Below are positions 1 to 12,700 of a stretch of DNA of 64,000 bases, in pieces. The DNA lies in contig CM052818.1 in NCBI GenBank assembly GCA_028534125.1, forward strand, positions 5,830,001 through 5,894,000. The letters are read 5' to 3'. The position numbers and the translations under genes were made by a program. Position 1 is the first letter of the stretch. Each line of letters begins with the position of its first letter. Under the pieces are notes generated by a model. That model was given only the letters and a program-made list of their open reading frames with translations. It made no database searches and was not told the origin of the DNA. This DNA comes from Lama glama. Lineage: Eukaryota.

Positions 1-3000
1 CTTCAGAAAAAAAAAAAATAGCATTAATCCAATCCACCGCTACCCCTCCCCCAAAACTTGTTATAGAGGAAATGAGGTTCAGAGGGGGGGAAAAATCTGC
101 TGTGTAGATCCTTCTGGAGAATCTTCCAAATACACCACCCTGGTTCCAATTTTTCAATGTTGTTTTTCATTTGAAATGAGATTCATGCAGCTTGCTTGTG
201 CAAAATGAGATGAAAAAAAAAATTAGGGTCTGGAAAGGAAGAGAAGGATTAAATAAAAAGTTCTGCTAGGATGCAGCCATCATGATCTAATGCACCATAG
301 GCAGCCCAGCTTCAGGGAGTACTGACTTTCAAGGGCTCGAGCTCCCGGGGACAGCTGGCACTCAGCTGGTCATGGTACTGGCCTCATGTTGCCTCTGTGT
401 CTCCCATAAACTCAACCGATGCTATGTAGGTTTTTTTTTTTTTTTCCCAACATGCAGCACAGGAAATTTTTCCTCAATGCGTGTGAGAGCTGTTTGATTC
501 CCCAAAGGAAAAGATTTGGCAAGTCAGTTAAGAGGAAAATAGAAGCCCTGAACACATGAGCACATTTTAACAATGTCCAAGTGTAACTTTTATTGCCAAC
601 AGTAGACAGGCACTGGAATTTGAAATGCAGCCCAAATGCTAAATGCAGTTGTTTTTATCTGTGAGGAGAATGTTGCGGTTTCATTCTGAGATGAGTCACT
701 TTGTTCTGATTTAGCCAGTTAGTAAATGGATCTGATTTGTTTTCATTAGGGAGTTCAAAGTTTGTTTTCTGGGTTTTTGTTTTTGTTTTGTTTTTTCCCA
801 GGGCAGAAAACCATTGGGTCTGGTACAAACAAGAGGCCACAAAATTTTATTAAAATGCTCAATAGAGATAAAGCCAAGATGTCACCTGCCATGTACAATG
901 AAGAGGGGTTGAGTCTTGGCATTAAGAGAGAGTTGGGATTTCGGAAGCCCAGACTTTGCTGTCAGTATCTGACAGCATCTTTACAAGGCCATCTCGTGCT
1001 GCCGAATCAGAAAAGTACGCCTGCTGCGCCCTGTGATCTTAATTTGGTCAAATCTACTAAATGATTTCATGATGGGGTCTTGGGAACAATGATTCATTGA
1101 CTAAAAGTACTCGAAGTTTCTCTAGGCCGACTCTGCAGGACTGGATGACTTGGTCCAATTAATTAGTTAATTCATCAGTTGGCTAAGAAGTATTTCCTGA
1201 GCGTCTACTATGTGCAGGTGCTTTGCGGGTCAGTTGCCTCTGTGGCTTTGCTGGCATGCAGACTCTGTGACCAAAGAATCCAGCCACAGTTGTATTAACT
1301 GCTGTCAGTTGTATTCTTATGCCTTCAGTGCCAAATAAATTATGACCAATAGGATGGCATTATTTCCCCATTAACTTGTTTTTCATTTTATTCCTTAATC
1401 TGAAGCAACAGCGCCTGATCCTGCAGAATTTTAAACGTGGATATTTACGAGACCAAAAATCACCTATTAATTTCATCATACAGTAAACAGATTATATCAC
1501 ATAGACGTATCATATAGATTTTATCATGTAATACATATTCTCACTGAGCTATCCATGCAATGGGTCAACATACTTTGCAAACATAAAGTGATCAGGCTTC
1601 ATTCAGAGTTTTCATTTAAAATTGCTGGGTTGGAGGGATTGGAATCCAAGCTAACTTGAACAGTTAAGACCATAAACAATTTACTCAAAGAGGACAAAAA
1701 GAAAAAGAAAAAGAAAAAGGCAAACAAAACTGCTCGGAAACATTTTTTCCTATTGTCTCCCCCCACCCTTCCCACTATGGTTGTTTTTTCAAGTCCCCGG
1801 GGATTATCGACGCTTCCTGAACAATACTTTGTGGTACATTTAGTGGAGTGGCTTGTCATTGTAGTGGGTTTTTGTCCGTGAAGAATTTATCAGACCGACC
1901 CTCCGGGCTCCATCACTTGGCAGGCTAGAAAAGCCCATTTTGGTACCTCCGGGCATCCCTAATTCTGAGAAAGGTAAGCCAGCGTAGCAAACGTGAATGG
2001 GTCCCTCTACAGGCCCTATGGCTTTACTCAGCCATGTTTCCTCTTTTATCATTTGTTGGAAAACCCCTTTGCTATCTCCTCTTAGTTCCTTGTCCTTTGT
2101 TAGCTACAAAGGGCAGATTTTCTTTTGTAAATCCTTAGTAATTAAATGAGCACTTCAGTGGCCGTCGCCCTCAATGGCCCGGTTCCGAGGTTTTTGCCTT
2201 TGACAGTCATATTTTGCAAAGGCCCCTGAGATGACTCTGCATCTTCCCCTACTTAACACTAAACCAATTGAAGCCCGTGCTCACTGCATGAAGGAGGAAA
2301 AGATTCATTAAGGGCACTTCATTAAGGAGCTGCAATGGGCCGCTCTGAATGCGCCTGAACCCACGGCAGTCCAGAAGAGCTGTCTATTAGGAGAGCCACA
2401 AAGACAGTTGCGGAAAGTGAACTCCGGCTCCAGTGCGGCGGATTAGGGAGAGTGATGGGATTAGTGTTTAATGACTTGGGGCCGGAGACAAAGGGAATTT
2501 CGACAAAGAGGCTTAGATATGGAAGAATTAACACTCTCTGTTCCAACTGGGCCTCCGATGACTTCCAGCTTTCTTTTCAGGCTCAAAAGCCAAGGGAAGT
2601 AAAGGGAAAAAAAAAAAAAAAAGATGAGCAAAGCTTTAATACTTTCCTAACGTTTTTTTTATTACAACAACAATACAGAGGAATCTAAAAGAACCCTCTT
2701 CACTCCCTTGCACTTGAAACCTCTTTTAAAAATAAGCATCTACAATTGTATAATTAGCCCCCAAGGTGAGCTCGCCCAGGGCCTCAAACTTGTGCCAGAA
2801 TGCGTCTCCTGCCAGGGCAAGTCCCAAACCGATGCAGACGGGGAAGCAAAACCCAGGATAGCAGAGGCCCGGCTAAGTGGCTTTTAAAGCTTCCCTCTCC
2901 GTGGCTGTTTATGTTACAGGTGCAACCAAAGGGGCAGAGAGAAACTGCTTCATTGTAAAACCTCCTCCTGGCCCCATCTGGCTCAGACTCAAATGAGTCC

Positions 3001-4999
3001 AGTGTCTATGGCCTGAGAAGTACTTCACGAAACGAGGTGATTATCCCGCCTACGTGAGGGGATAACTTTGGAAATGCGCTTAAAGGTTGCAAGGGCTCTT
3101 GAAAAAGAATCAAGTCAACTTGGAGCCGGGCAGGCAACGCTGGAGTTTATCGATAGCATTTTCCCCGGGCTTGGACAAGAACACGGTGTCATTATCTAAA
3201 CACGAAGCCACATTTAAGTGGCTGACCCGGGAGTGGAGCCTTATTCCCGAGGCTGTTAAGTAAATAGACCCCGAGCACCAAATGCCTTCCAGCAGTAAGT
3301 GTGCGATTATGCCCTGCTGCTGAGAATCGCAAAATGCAGGTGCAAATGTTACTGTAGGCAAAGGTACAATCCAAACAGTGCCGTAAATGATCTCGCACTG
3401 TAAACCAATTCAACGTGTCCTTATTTTTAACCCGACCAAATCACTTGCAGAAAAGCCGGGTATTCATTTCATGTATTAGCCCGTATGAAATGGTCCTGAA
3501 GCAGCTCTAGACACCAAGGTATTATTTAACCCGTGCGGTTTAGTGGGACAATGGCAGCCCCCTGCCGTAATCCATTCAGAGGTAATACCGGCAGCCAGTG
3601 TGAAATTAAATACGTTACAGGGAAAGCGCTTAATGCATTTTATAGGCAGTTGTTCACCCACATCAAACTTTGGTTTTTAAAATCCGAACATTTGATCCCA
3701 CGACAGGAACGGTGCCTCAAGGCGGAGATTGCCCCGCTGGGCTGCCAGGAGGTGGAAGCGAGGCAGAGCCCAGACTGAAAGAAACCATTTCCCATCATCT
3801 TCGTTCTACTGGGTCAGTCAGATGCTGAAGGCCCAGGTAGCATTTGATCCAGTTGCTACAGGGCTCAGACCTGCTTTTATTGCCCCTTACTTTTCTGCTA
3901 ACGTTTTTTGCTTGAGGGATCGATGTTTCTCCAGTGCAGTGGAACTCCCGTTTCTCACAGCTAAATGGAAGCAGGATATAATGGGCTTCCCTCACCTCAC
4001 CCCAGTCCCTTTTGACCCCAACATGGTCTAGCAGTCTGTTCTTTGTTAAATTGAAAATGTGTAGAAATTTTTATAGAGATCCTCAGCTATATAAATAGCT
4101 TTGAAAATTGTTGTAACTTTAAAAACAGGTCAAAAAGGAAATTGAACAGCTAGTGAGTTTCATACCATCCAGTCAGCTTTTTGAAGGGCTGCATTGGTCT
4201 TTCTTGTAAATGGTTGCTTTTATTGTTGGGGTTTCCACCATTTCTTTTCTTTTTCTGAGTAGCTTTTAATAGAAAAGGGAGCTTTGGCGGAATTTTCTGA
4301 TAGAATGTCAAACCCATCACGAATGGCTCCTGGCACTACATTCAAACAGCAAGAGCAGTTTTCATCTGGGGAGTGACACTTGCATGCCGCTGCACCGCTG
4401 AGGACCCTGATCGCCACAAATATCACTCCCTAGGGTGAGTGGGGACCCCAGTGTTGTTCCCACACGAGTCTCTGAACTCTCGGGGCTCACAGGTGGATCT
4501 TGTGTCCTCAGATATGGTGGGCTTGTGTTTTTGGAACCTTTGGACCGAACTCGGTTTGTTTGGGTACAGAAGCTTATCAGAAAGCTCTTGGATGGTATGT
4601 CCTTCAGAAGTGGACGAAGGGTTTATAGCTCTTTAAAATATGGTGAAACTTAGAAGTGCTTTTTTTTTTTTTTCTAGAGTAGTATGGAAAGTCTAAGAGC
4701 TTGAAAACAGTGATTCTCAGCCTTGGATGGAGAGCCAAAAAAAAAAAAGTATTGTTAGGGATCCAGTAATCCACTTGTGTAAGCATTCTCTAGGGTCTGA
4801 ATAAAGAACATGTCTCACACATAGATTATTGTTTTTTAAAAAATATCTGTAGATGCTGTTACGATTAATAGCGTCAAAACTGTTTTAAAAGATTTCCTGA
4901 GATTATAGTCACTTTTTATCATTGTATGTTTTCTCAAGCCATACTGAAAGTTCAGCTCGTATCACACAAGAGGGGTGTGGGGGCATTGATACGGAACTC

Positions 5000-5450
5000 T
5001 ATCAGTTGCCATTAATAAAAACCCAACTCAAATTAGCTAAAGCCAAAGAACAAAGTTATTGGCCCAGGCAACTCAGAGATACGCTGAGCTCTGTTTGCCT
5101 CTGCTTGGCTTCATTGCCAGGTGTGCTTTGTCCGTAGGGTGATGAAGGGATCCTGGTCTTTGTCATATGATTTCATGATCCTGAAGGCTGGTGAACTCAA
5201 GGGGGACTTTATCCCAACATCGACACTGAACTCCAAAACAGAGATGGGATGGGCCAGCCCTACTTTACTGGACTCACCACAGCGTTAAGGTGGAGAAGGT
5301 CATCTGACTGGTCAGCGTGGATGATACGATACACTCCCCTCTGTAAGGGGAGGAGAGGTGCAGCCCCTCGATCTACCGCCATACCAGAGTCACCTGGAGA
5401 GAGGGAGGGGCCAGTTTCCAAGTGAAAAAGGAGCCAGTGAGCAAAGCAGC
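5000..5450 (-). mobile_element. Old MaLR LTR (MLT1J/K/L-like), degraded
   Basis: TCAGTTGCCATTAATAAAAACCCAACTCAAATTAGCTAAAGCCAAAGAACAAAGTTATTGGC resembles the recalled reverse-strand end of MLT1J/K; boundaries approximate. Confidence 0.6.
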
Positions 5451-5795
5451 AATGCTTGCTCACTGCAAGAGGGGTTCTCATCTTTACACTTGTATTTACA
5501 AGGCTTGGGAATTATTGTTCTAGAATAACTATCCCTATTGGTCGATGTGTAACTAGGATCCTCTACCAGGTATCAGAGGGCAGCTAAGCCCGGATGAGAT
5601 GGATAGAAATACCCTGGGAGGCACCGTTTTTGCAGCCAGTCCCACCCGTGACTTGTGCGTCTGCGCAGGTTGGAGTAGAAGAAGAGGAAGAATGAAGTTT
5701 TTGAAAGGGGACCTGCCCAAACAAAAAATTAGGTAAAATTCTCTTAAAATTCACATTTCAATTCTCCTCTCTAAATATAAAACACAGCAAAGCAA

Positions 5796-5826
5796 ACACA
5801 CACACACATCACCACCACCACCACCA
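5796..5826. repeat. (CA)n followed by (CAC)n microsatellite
   Basis: Seen directly. Confidence 0.9.
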
Positions 5827-6294
5827 AATGGACACCAGCTATAACGGTTTATTTCAAAAAAGACCAAGAACATTTCTTTCTAAGCCTCTTGGTTTGTCTT
5901 GAATTATCTTGGTTTCTTTTCAGCATGAGCCCCTTGAGTGGGGAAGGTCACACCCAAGGACCAGAGCTCTGAATAACACGACCCTCCTAATTGCTAGGTC
6001 TCCATGGCAAGTCCTGTCTATGCTCTCTCTCCTGATAGACCCATGTCTTTCCAGAACTCACAATTCTGTAACGAGTGGCCATTTTCTTTCCTTATTCCTC
6101 TCTATCAACCTTTCCACCTTGATCCTTTCTGGCATTACTCCCCATTTCCTTAATTTGCCCTATATTTTTTTCCATTTCTTGAACTACAATCATTTGAAGT
6201 CCTTATTTGACCTTTCTCAGGGACAGGCATTATGAACAGTTAGTATCATGCGAAGAGAAGATGATCTGACTCTTCCAGTAATGACACTGATGGA

Positions 6295-6392
6295 GATGAT
6301 AATGAACGTGAACATCAACTGAGCGTTTATTATTTGCTAGACATTCTCTGTTATCTTATTGAAGCCTTACACCAACCCTATTGAGTAGCAGA
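6295..6392 (-). mobile_element. MIR SINE fragment
   Basis: CTGAGCGTTTATTATTTGCTAGAC...CCAACCCTATTGAGTAG resembles the MIR 3' half on the reverse strand. Confidence 0.6.
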
Positions 6393-6397
6393 TCCAT

Positions 6398-7020
6398 GTT
6401 AGTTTTATTCGGACAGTTGTTCAGCCTTTGAACTCATTTTCAGTGTTTGAGAAATTCCCAATAATGGGAATTTTGATGGAATTTCCCAGCGCAGAAGCCA
6501 AGAAGCAGTTCAGATACTTGTTGGTTCCAGACTGGGGTGTGGACACATGACCTACATTCAGCCAAATAGAGGTAACTGCCTCAGGCTTTACATTGGTAGC
6601 TAGAGATACAAAAAAACCAGGAAAGTAGAGAATTTATTTCTCAGATAATGGTGACATAGGTGGCTCCAGTATTCAGCTTCTAGGGGTTGCAAGGACTGTT
6701 GTGTTTACTGTGGCATCCAGCGTCCAAGGCTAGTGGTAGTGAGGGGTGAACTCCATTATTCAATGTCAGCAGCTCCAGTGACAAAAGTCCCCACCAACTA
6801 GCTTTGTGACATCATTTTGGCTGTGGTCTGGCTATTACCTAGACCTCCTTCTTTCCGCCTCTTCTGAGACTGGTTCTCCAGCCTCCTGATGTTGTTAGAA
6901 GCAAAATACAACCTGGATACTGTTCCTGGAGGCCCCTCGTCTTCTTGCAGTAAGTTCCCTCCTGCCTAAATCAACCATAATTAGTTTATATCACTTGAAA
7001 CAAAGAACTCTGATGGATAC
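6398..7020 (+). mobile_element. ERVL-class solo LTR (LTR33/LTR16-like)
   Basis: Starts TG; internal GGACACATGACCTA...CAGCCAA; 3' end TAAGTTCCCTCCTGCCTAAATCAACC...TCACTTGAAACAAAGAACTCTGA fits the LTR16/33 pattern. Confidence 0.65.
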
Positions 7021-7046
7021 ACGGATGTTATTTTTAATTTTGTTTT

Positions 7047-7900
7047 GAAAATGGGCAGGAGACCTGAATAGACATTTTTCCAAAGAAGACATACAGATGG
7101 CCAACAGACACATGAAACATGCTCAACATCACTACTCACTAGAGAGAGATGCAAATCAAACCACAGTGCGATGTCACCACACACTTGTCAGAACGGCCAT
7201 CATCAAAGAGACCACAGATGACAAATGCTGGAGACGATGTGAAGAGAAGGGAACCCTCATACACTTTTGGTGGAACTGTAAATTGGTGGCAGCCACTAAG
7301 GAGCTTCCGCAAAAAACTGAAAATAGAACTACTACATGATCCAGAAATTCCACTCCTGGGTATATAACTGGAAAAAAACTAATTCGAAAAGGTACACACA
7401 CCCCATGTTCACAGCAACACTATTTACAACAGCCAAGACATGGAAGCAACCCAAGTGCCCATCAACAGATGACTGGATTAGGAAAGTGTGATAGATACAC
7501 AGGGTGATATTACTCAGCCGTCAAAAAAATGAAATTCTGCCATTTGTAGAAACATGAATGGATTTAGAGACTATTATGCTTAGTGAACCATGTCAGACAA
7601 AGACAAATACTATATGGCATCACTTCTATGTGGAAGCTCAAAAAAAGCACAAATGAAAGTATATGCAAAAAAGAAACAGACTCACAGATATAGAAAACAA
7701 CCTTGTGGTTATCAAAGGAGAAAGGGGAGGGGTGCCCTCAAATACACGGATATTCTGCACAGTAAAGGGAATTAGAGCCATTATCTTGCAATAACCTATA
7801 ATGGAATATAATTTGCAAAAATAGTGAATCACTATGCTGTACATCTGAAACTAATACAATATTGTAAATCAACTATACGTCACTAAAAATAAAGAAAATA
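7047..7900 (+). mobile_element. 5'-truncated LINE-1: ORF2 C-terminus remnant, 3' UTR and A-rich tail
   Basis: Translations MANRHMK, MQIKP, KCWRRCEEKGTLIHFWWNCKLV and KKLKIELLHDPEIPLLGI match the L1 ORF2 C-terminus; ends TTGTAAATCAACTATACGTCACTAAAAATAAAG; frameshifted. Confidence 0.95.
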
Positions 7901-8539
7901 GAAATTAATTTTTGAAAAAAAGATTTGGTAACCCAGGGTTAGAGAAACAAATACGTTGTGCAACCTCAAGCAAATAGCCAGGCTGACTTTAGAGCCCATA
8001 TTCACCTACCAGCCTTCATACAAGCAGGGGAGAAAAGACCAGTGAGTGGGATTGGTCTGAATATAACTTAGAAAGAGGTAGATGTCCTTGATTAAAGTCT
8101 CAATTTGGCAAAGTCTTTCCCAAAGTCATAGTTACTTGGATAACCTTTCTTTGTTTAAAGAATGAAAAGTTTGGTCTAAACCAGTGACTTCTAACTGTTG
8201 ACGCTGGAGTCACAGAAGCAAATAAATCAATTCTCCTCCACTGGAGAATCTATGGATCTTCTTAATAATATACACATACGGGTGTGTTACCTCCAATTTC
8301 ATCCCAACTCCATCCCTCGAACTCAGTGGATCCTAGGCTGAGAAACTTGTACTTGACGATCTCTCAGTCTGGTCCTTCCAAGTATAATGTAAGATTCCAT
8401 TATCTGGGTGCATTTGCTATGATTAGTGAGCTCAATTAATCAATCCTTCAGTCTCTGACTCTCTCTCTGACACTCACAATCTCAGTGCAGAGGTTTGAGT
8501 TAATCACACTCAGTTTATAGCACACTATCATCGTTAAGA

Positions 8540-8650
8540 CAAGAAATTTGAAAGGACTTGAATTCATATGATATCATGGGACAAATGCCTGAAGGGGCTT
8601 GAGTTGTTTAGTCTTGAGAAAAGAAGACTCAGACATGATGAATTGTCTCA
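8540..8650 (+). mobile_element. CR1/L3 (MIR3-related) fragment
   Basis: CTGAAGGGGCTTGAGTTGTTTAGTCTTGAGAAAAGAAGACTCAG resembles the conserved CR1 3' region. Confidence 0.55.
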
Positions 8651-8654
8651 ATTA

Positions 8655-8890
8655 CTGTGTCCGTTGCCACAAATGACTGAAAATTCAACTGCAAGCGGCT
8701 TAAGCAATAAGACATTCATAATCTCGTAAAACGAGAAATTTGGAGGTGAGATGTATAAGTGTTGGTAAATTCAGTTAAAGACACAGGCTCCTTTCTTTCT
8801 GCCCTGCCATTTTCTCCCACGATGTTGGCTTGTCCTTAGCTCCTCAACGTGGGGTGGCATAGTTCTAGTCAAGATATGCAGATAATAACA
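8655..8890 (-). mobile_element. MLT1-like LTR fragment
   Basis: GTTGCCACAAATGACTGAAAATTCAACTGCAAGCGGCTTAAGCAATAAG resembles an MLT1J/L end. Confidence 0.55.
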
Positions 8891-8917
8891 TCAATAATTT
8901 TTTTTTTTTAAAGAATG

Positions 8918-9665
8918 TTGACTTCTGCTTTCAACCATTGCAGAGTAACGGGTACCAAACTTGCTCTCTTGCTGAAAGCAACTATAAGACTGGACAAATA
9001 CACGAGGCAGTTACTTTCAGGCACTGGGTAACAGGCATGAGGCTGTGATCCTTGAGAGAAGGGAAGCACGTGAGAGGAGCCGCACTTTTCTGCCTGGGGG
9101 CAGCAGGAGGAAGTGGAACCAAATAGAACAGTGTTCTTGATGAGCTGAGGAAGCAGAGATCAGAGTTCCAGGCTTGTGAAGTAGCTTGAATTTCCTGGAG
9201 AGGGTACTGGAAAAGAGGCAGCTGTGCGGGGCGGGGGTGGGGGGTTGCCTCCAGAGTCTGCATGTGAATTTATACAATTTCCTTGACTGAGAACTGAGCT
9301 GTGCAGATAAAGGTGGCGATTCCACAAGACAAAGCACAGACCGCTGTAGAGATAAAAACTGAACAGTAACAACAGAGGGCATGCAGTTTAGGGAGCTGTT
9401 GGAGTTCTGGCCCACACGAGGACAACTTTGGGTGTTCAGGTGAGACTGTAAAAGGCCATACTTTATCTATTTTATATATAGTAGTTAGTACCTGCAAATT
9501 CTGACCTCTCAACTTATCCCCCCTACCGCCTCACTTTATCCCCTGGTAACCATGAGTTTGTTTTCTATGTCTGTTAAAGATTTTAAAGAAGCTATTAAGA
9601 ATATCTTCAAGGAGTTAAAGGAAAAGACAGTCATAATGAGCAATCTGATGAAAGAACCTCCACAG
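8918..9665 (+). mobile_element. Old L1M 5' end and ORF1 start, interrupted by a younger L1 3' UTR piece at 9461-9574
   Basis: GACTTCTGCTTTCAACCATTGCAGAGTAACGGGTACC is typical of L1M 5' ends; AAGATTTTAAAGAAGCTATTAAGAATATCTTCAAGGAGTTAAAGGAA is ORF1-like. Confidence 0.7.
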
Positions 9666-10309
9666 ATTTCACCTACATTTAAAGTCTCCTTTTAAAACAT
9701 TGTTTTCAATAAAAAATAGTTTGCTGCTACTCTAGCTAATACTGAAATCTCCTTTTCTGAAAGTGTTCACATGACTGTTCCCTGGCAGGGATCTTGTAAA
9801 GTAACAGTCAAGCAACAGGTGGGACAATGAGAGAAGAGATGGAGAATGAGAGAGTTGGAGTAGATCATTTATAATCCTTTCTTACTATCGGAGTCTCTGT
9901 TTCTCTCACCATCACCACTGGGAAATAGTAATAATTATGGTGGCTCATATAAAATATGTTCCTGTGTCATCCAAATCGTTGGATACACAGGAAGAACTGG
10001 GCTCTCGGGTCCCGCTGTGTCCTTTTCTTGTTGAGTCCCTCCTGTGATGATACTTCTCTGAGGGAGCAGAGAATGCAGAGGAGGATGAGTCAGGTCGTAT
10101 GGAGCAATGTGGAATTAGATTTACCTTAGATCACGTTGCTAGGCGTGCCAGTCACAGCCACCTGGAGAGTTTACCTTCTCCTGTGCTCCTAGACTGTTCC
10201 ATCCATGTTACTGGAAAGCCCACAAACCTTGTGTGACCAGGTCTGAGCATAGCCATAGAGTTTCAAACAGACCCTGGCATAATCTCTTCCTTAAATGTCT
10301 CTCCTCCTC

Positions 10310-10420
10310 TGTGACCTCTTGAAGGATAAGAACCAGGTCCACATCTCACCATAGTGCTAACACCCGGTACAATACCTGATTCACAGGAAATGCTCAATAA
10401 ATAGTTGTTAAATAAATAAA
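10310..10420 (+). mobile_element. L2 LINE 3' end
   Basis: TACCTGATTCACAGGAAATGCTCAATAAATAGTTGTTAAATAAATAAA. Confidence 0.75.
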
Positions 10421-12091
10421 ATGTAACCATCTAATGTATTTAACCTGGTTAGAACTTTCAATAAAGCATACTACAGCCCTTAGCAATTTCCAAAATTCAC
10501 CAACTCTCTCTCACCCAACTCCCCTGAAGAGTAAGGCACTTGGAGCAAAATCTCCCTCAGCATTTCAGTCCTGAGTTTGAGACCCTTTTCAAAAGCTCAT
10601 GGAGAGATAGACACACTGATGTTTTCCAAAACCAAGGATGACTCGATTAGAGTGTTAATTCAAGTTAAGAAAGGTGATTATTTTTCCCCATTTTTTTCTT
10701 TATATCTCAAGGGCATGGAGACTAATCACCCAAGTAGTAAAGAAATGGCAAGAAGATGCCCCTTTCTCCCTCAAACCACTTCTGCTCAAAATATCACCAA
10801 GACAGCTTAACATTTCCTTTCTATTCTCTGTCAATGGTGTTAAAAGATCAAGGCCAAAAATTAGCCCATTTTGAGTGCAGAGAAAGGGATCCAGAGGCTA
10901 CTGTGGGAGCGGACACCTCTTCCCTGCCCCTCCTCCCCCCCATCTTTTCCCCTTCTCTCCCCCACAACGGTCTCCTCCATGTCTCTTTGCTTTGATTTTT
11001 CTTTTCCTTCCAAACCCTACCCAGGGTTTATAGTAGCAGTCGGAGCTGGGCATGCCCGTTAGCTGCAGGCAAATCTTGTTTGCAAGCAGGAAGCTGTAGG
11101 AATTCTCCCCTAGTGGTGTTTTCACTCTTTATGTGCGCTTAATCTAGGGGATTAACAAACGGGTCAGCTGGAGCCCTCCTCTCACCGTGACAGAACGGGC
11201 AAGTTCAAGCAGGAAGAGCCCCTGAAACGGCTGGTTCTGCTGGGAGCCAAGAGCACAACACCTACCAGGCCCTGGGCAGGGCGCGTCCCCAGAGGACGCC
11301 CCGGTCACGGAGGAAACTGCTTTGCTGACACCGTGCCTCTGGCGGCTGACTTCACATGTGCGCTCCTTCCCCACCTACTGCTGCCACGTCTTGTAGCCCT
11401 TGGGCCCACCCTCCTCACCCCTATCTGGGCCCTGAGTTCCCCTTATGACCCCACTTACGAGCTTCACAGTTTGTCCTGCTTCTCCCCGTCCCTTCCAGAC
11501 TCTGCCCAGGATCCGTGCTCTTCCTGCTGGGGCCTGCATTCCGTGCTGTGTTAACATGGGTTCCCCAGGCGGTGGGGGTTCTCGGACAAGTGATTTTAGT
11601 GGGCAAGTGCTCTTAGGAGAAGGGGTGTGAGGAGCAAGGGAGACCAGCGGAGGAGAACAGAGCAAGGACAGGGCTTCAGCTGGAGACTGTCGTCAGTGCC
11701 ATCCTCTGGATGGGCAGCTCTGCAGGATGAATTGCCCCCATGTGATACGTTCCATCTTGAGGCAAGGGACCTCATATTTTGCACCACGATGCCAATCATG
11801 TATTGGTTGAATCCTCTTAGGGGAGATAGCTCCTATTTACCCACAGTTCTCCACAGAAGAGGGAAGCTGGGGGATGGATGTGACTCTCAGTGAAGGAAAA
11901 CTCAGCGTCCACTGTCTATGGGATTCACGGAAGAGGTGGCTTCTGTGGCTTCCCATCAGTCCCAGCTCCTACCAGAGCATCAAGCAATCAGAGCAGAGGG
12001 TCATGAGACAGCTAGACAAGGACTGGCAGTGCTGCCCAGGGGTGATGCCAGATGTGCGGTCCATTTCTGTTAAGTGTATGTAAGTGTATAC

Positions 12092-12700
12092 TTTTTTCAT
12101 TGAAGTATAGTTGATTTACAGTGTTGTGTTAGTTTCTGGTGTACAGCATAGTGATTCAGCTATGCATATATATTCTTTGTCATTATAGGTTATTACAAGG
12201 TACTGAGTATAGTTCCCTGTGCTAGAGACTAGTACCTTGTCATTTGTCTATTTTATATGCAGTAGTTTGTATCTGCTAATCTCAAACTCCTAATTTATCC
12301 CCCCCACTTCTCCTTTGGTAACCATAGCTTATTTTCTATGTCTATGAGTTTGTTTCTGTTTCATAAATAAGTTCATTTGTGTCATTTTTTTAGATTCCAC
12401 ATGTAAGTGATACCATATGGCATTTGTCTTTTTCTGTCTGACTTACTTCATTTAGTATGATAATCTCTAGGTCCATCCATGTTGTTGCAAATGACATTAT
12501 TTCATTCTTTTTATGGTATAGTAGTATTCCATTGTGTGGAATGAATATATATAGACCACGTCTTCTTTATTCAGTCATCTGTCAATGGACATTTAGGTTC
12601 CTTCCATGTCTTGGCTGTTGTAAATAGTGCTACTGTGAACATCGGGGTGCATGTATCTTTTTGAATTAGAGTTCATTCCAGATATATGCTCAGGAGTGGA
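12092..12700 (-). mobile_element. LINE-1 3' end (same family type as 7047-7900)
   Basis: T-run then TTGAAGTATAGTTGATTTACAGTGTTGTGTTAGTTTCTGGTGTACAGC, the reverse complement of the L1 3' terminus. Confidence 0.95.

Noticed and set aside
1965..4445. Isolated strong splice donors (AAG|GTAAGC near 1973, AGG|GTGAGT near 4434)
   Set aside because: No convincing acceptor or coding frame could be paired with them; expected by chance
11100..11120. CTCF-like motifs (also near 24215 and 62590)
   Set aside because: Mismatches in the core; not supportable without a matrix scan or ChIP data
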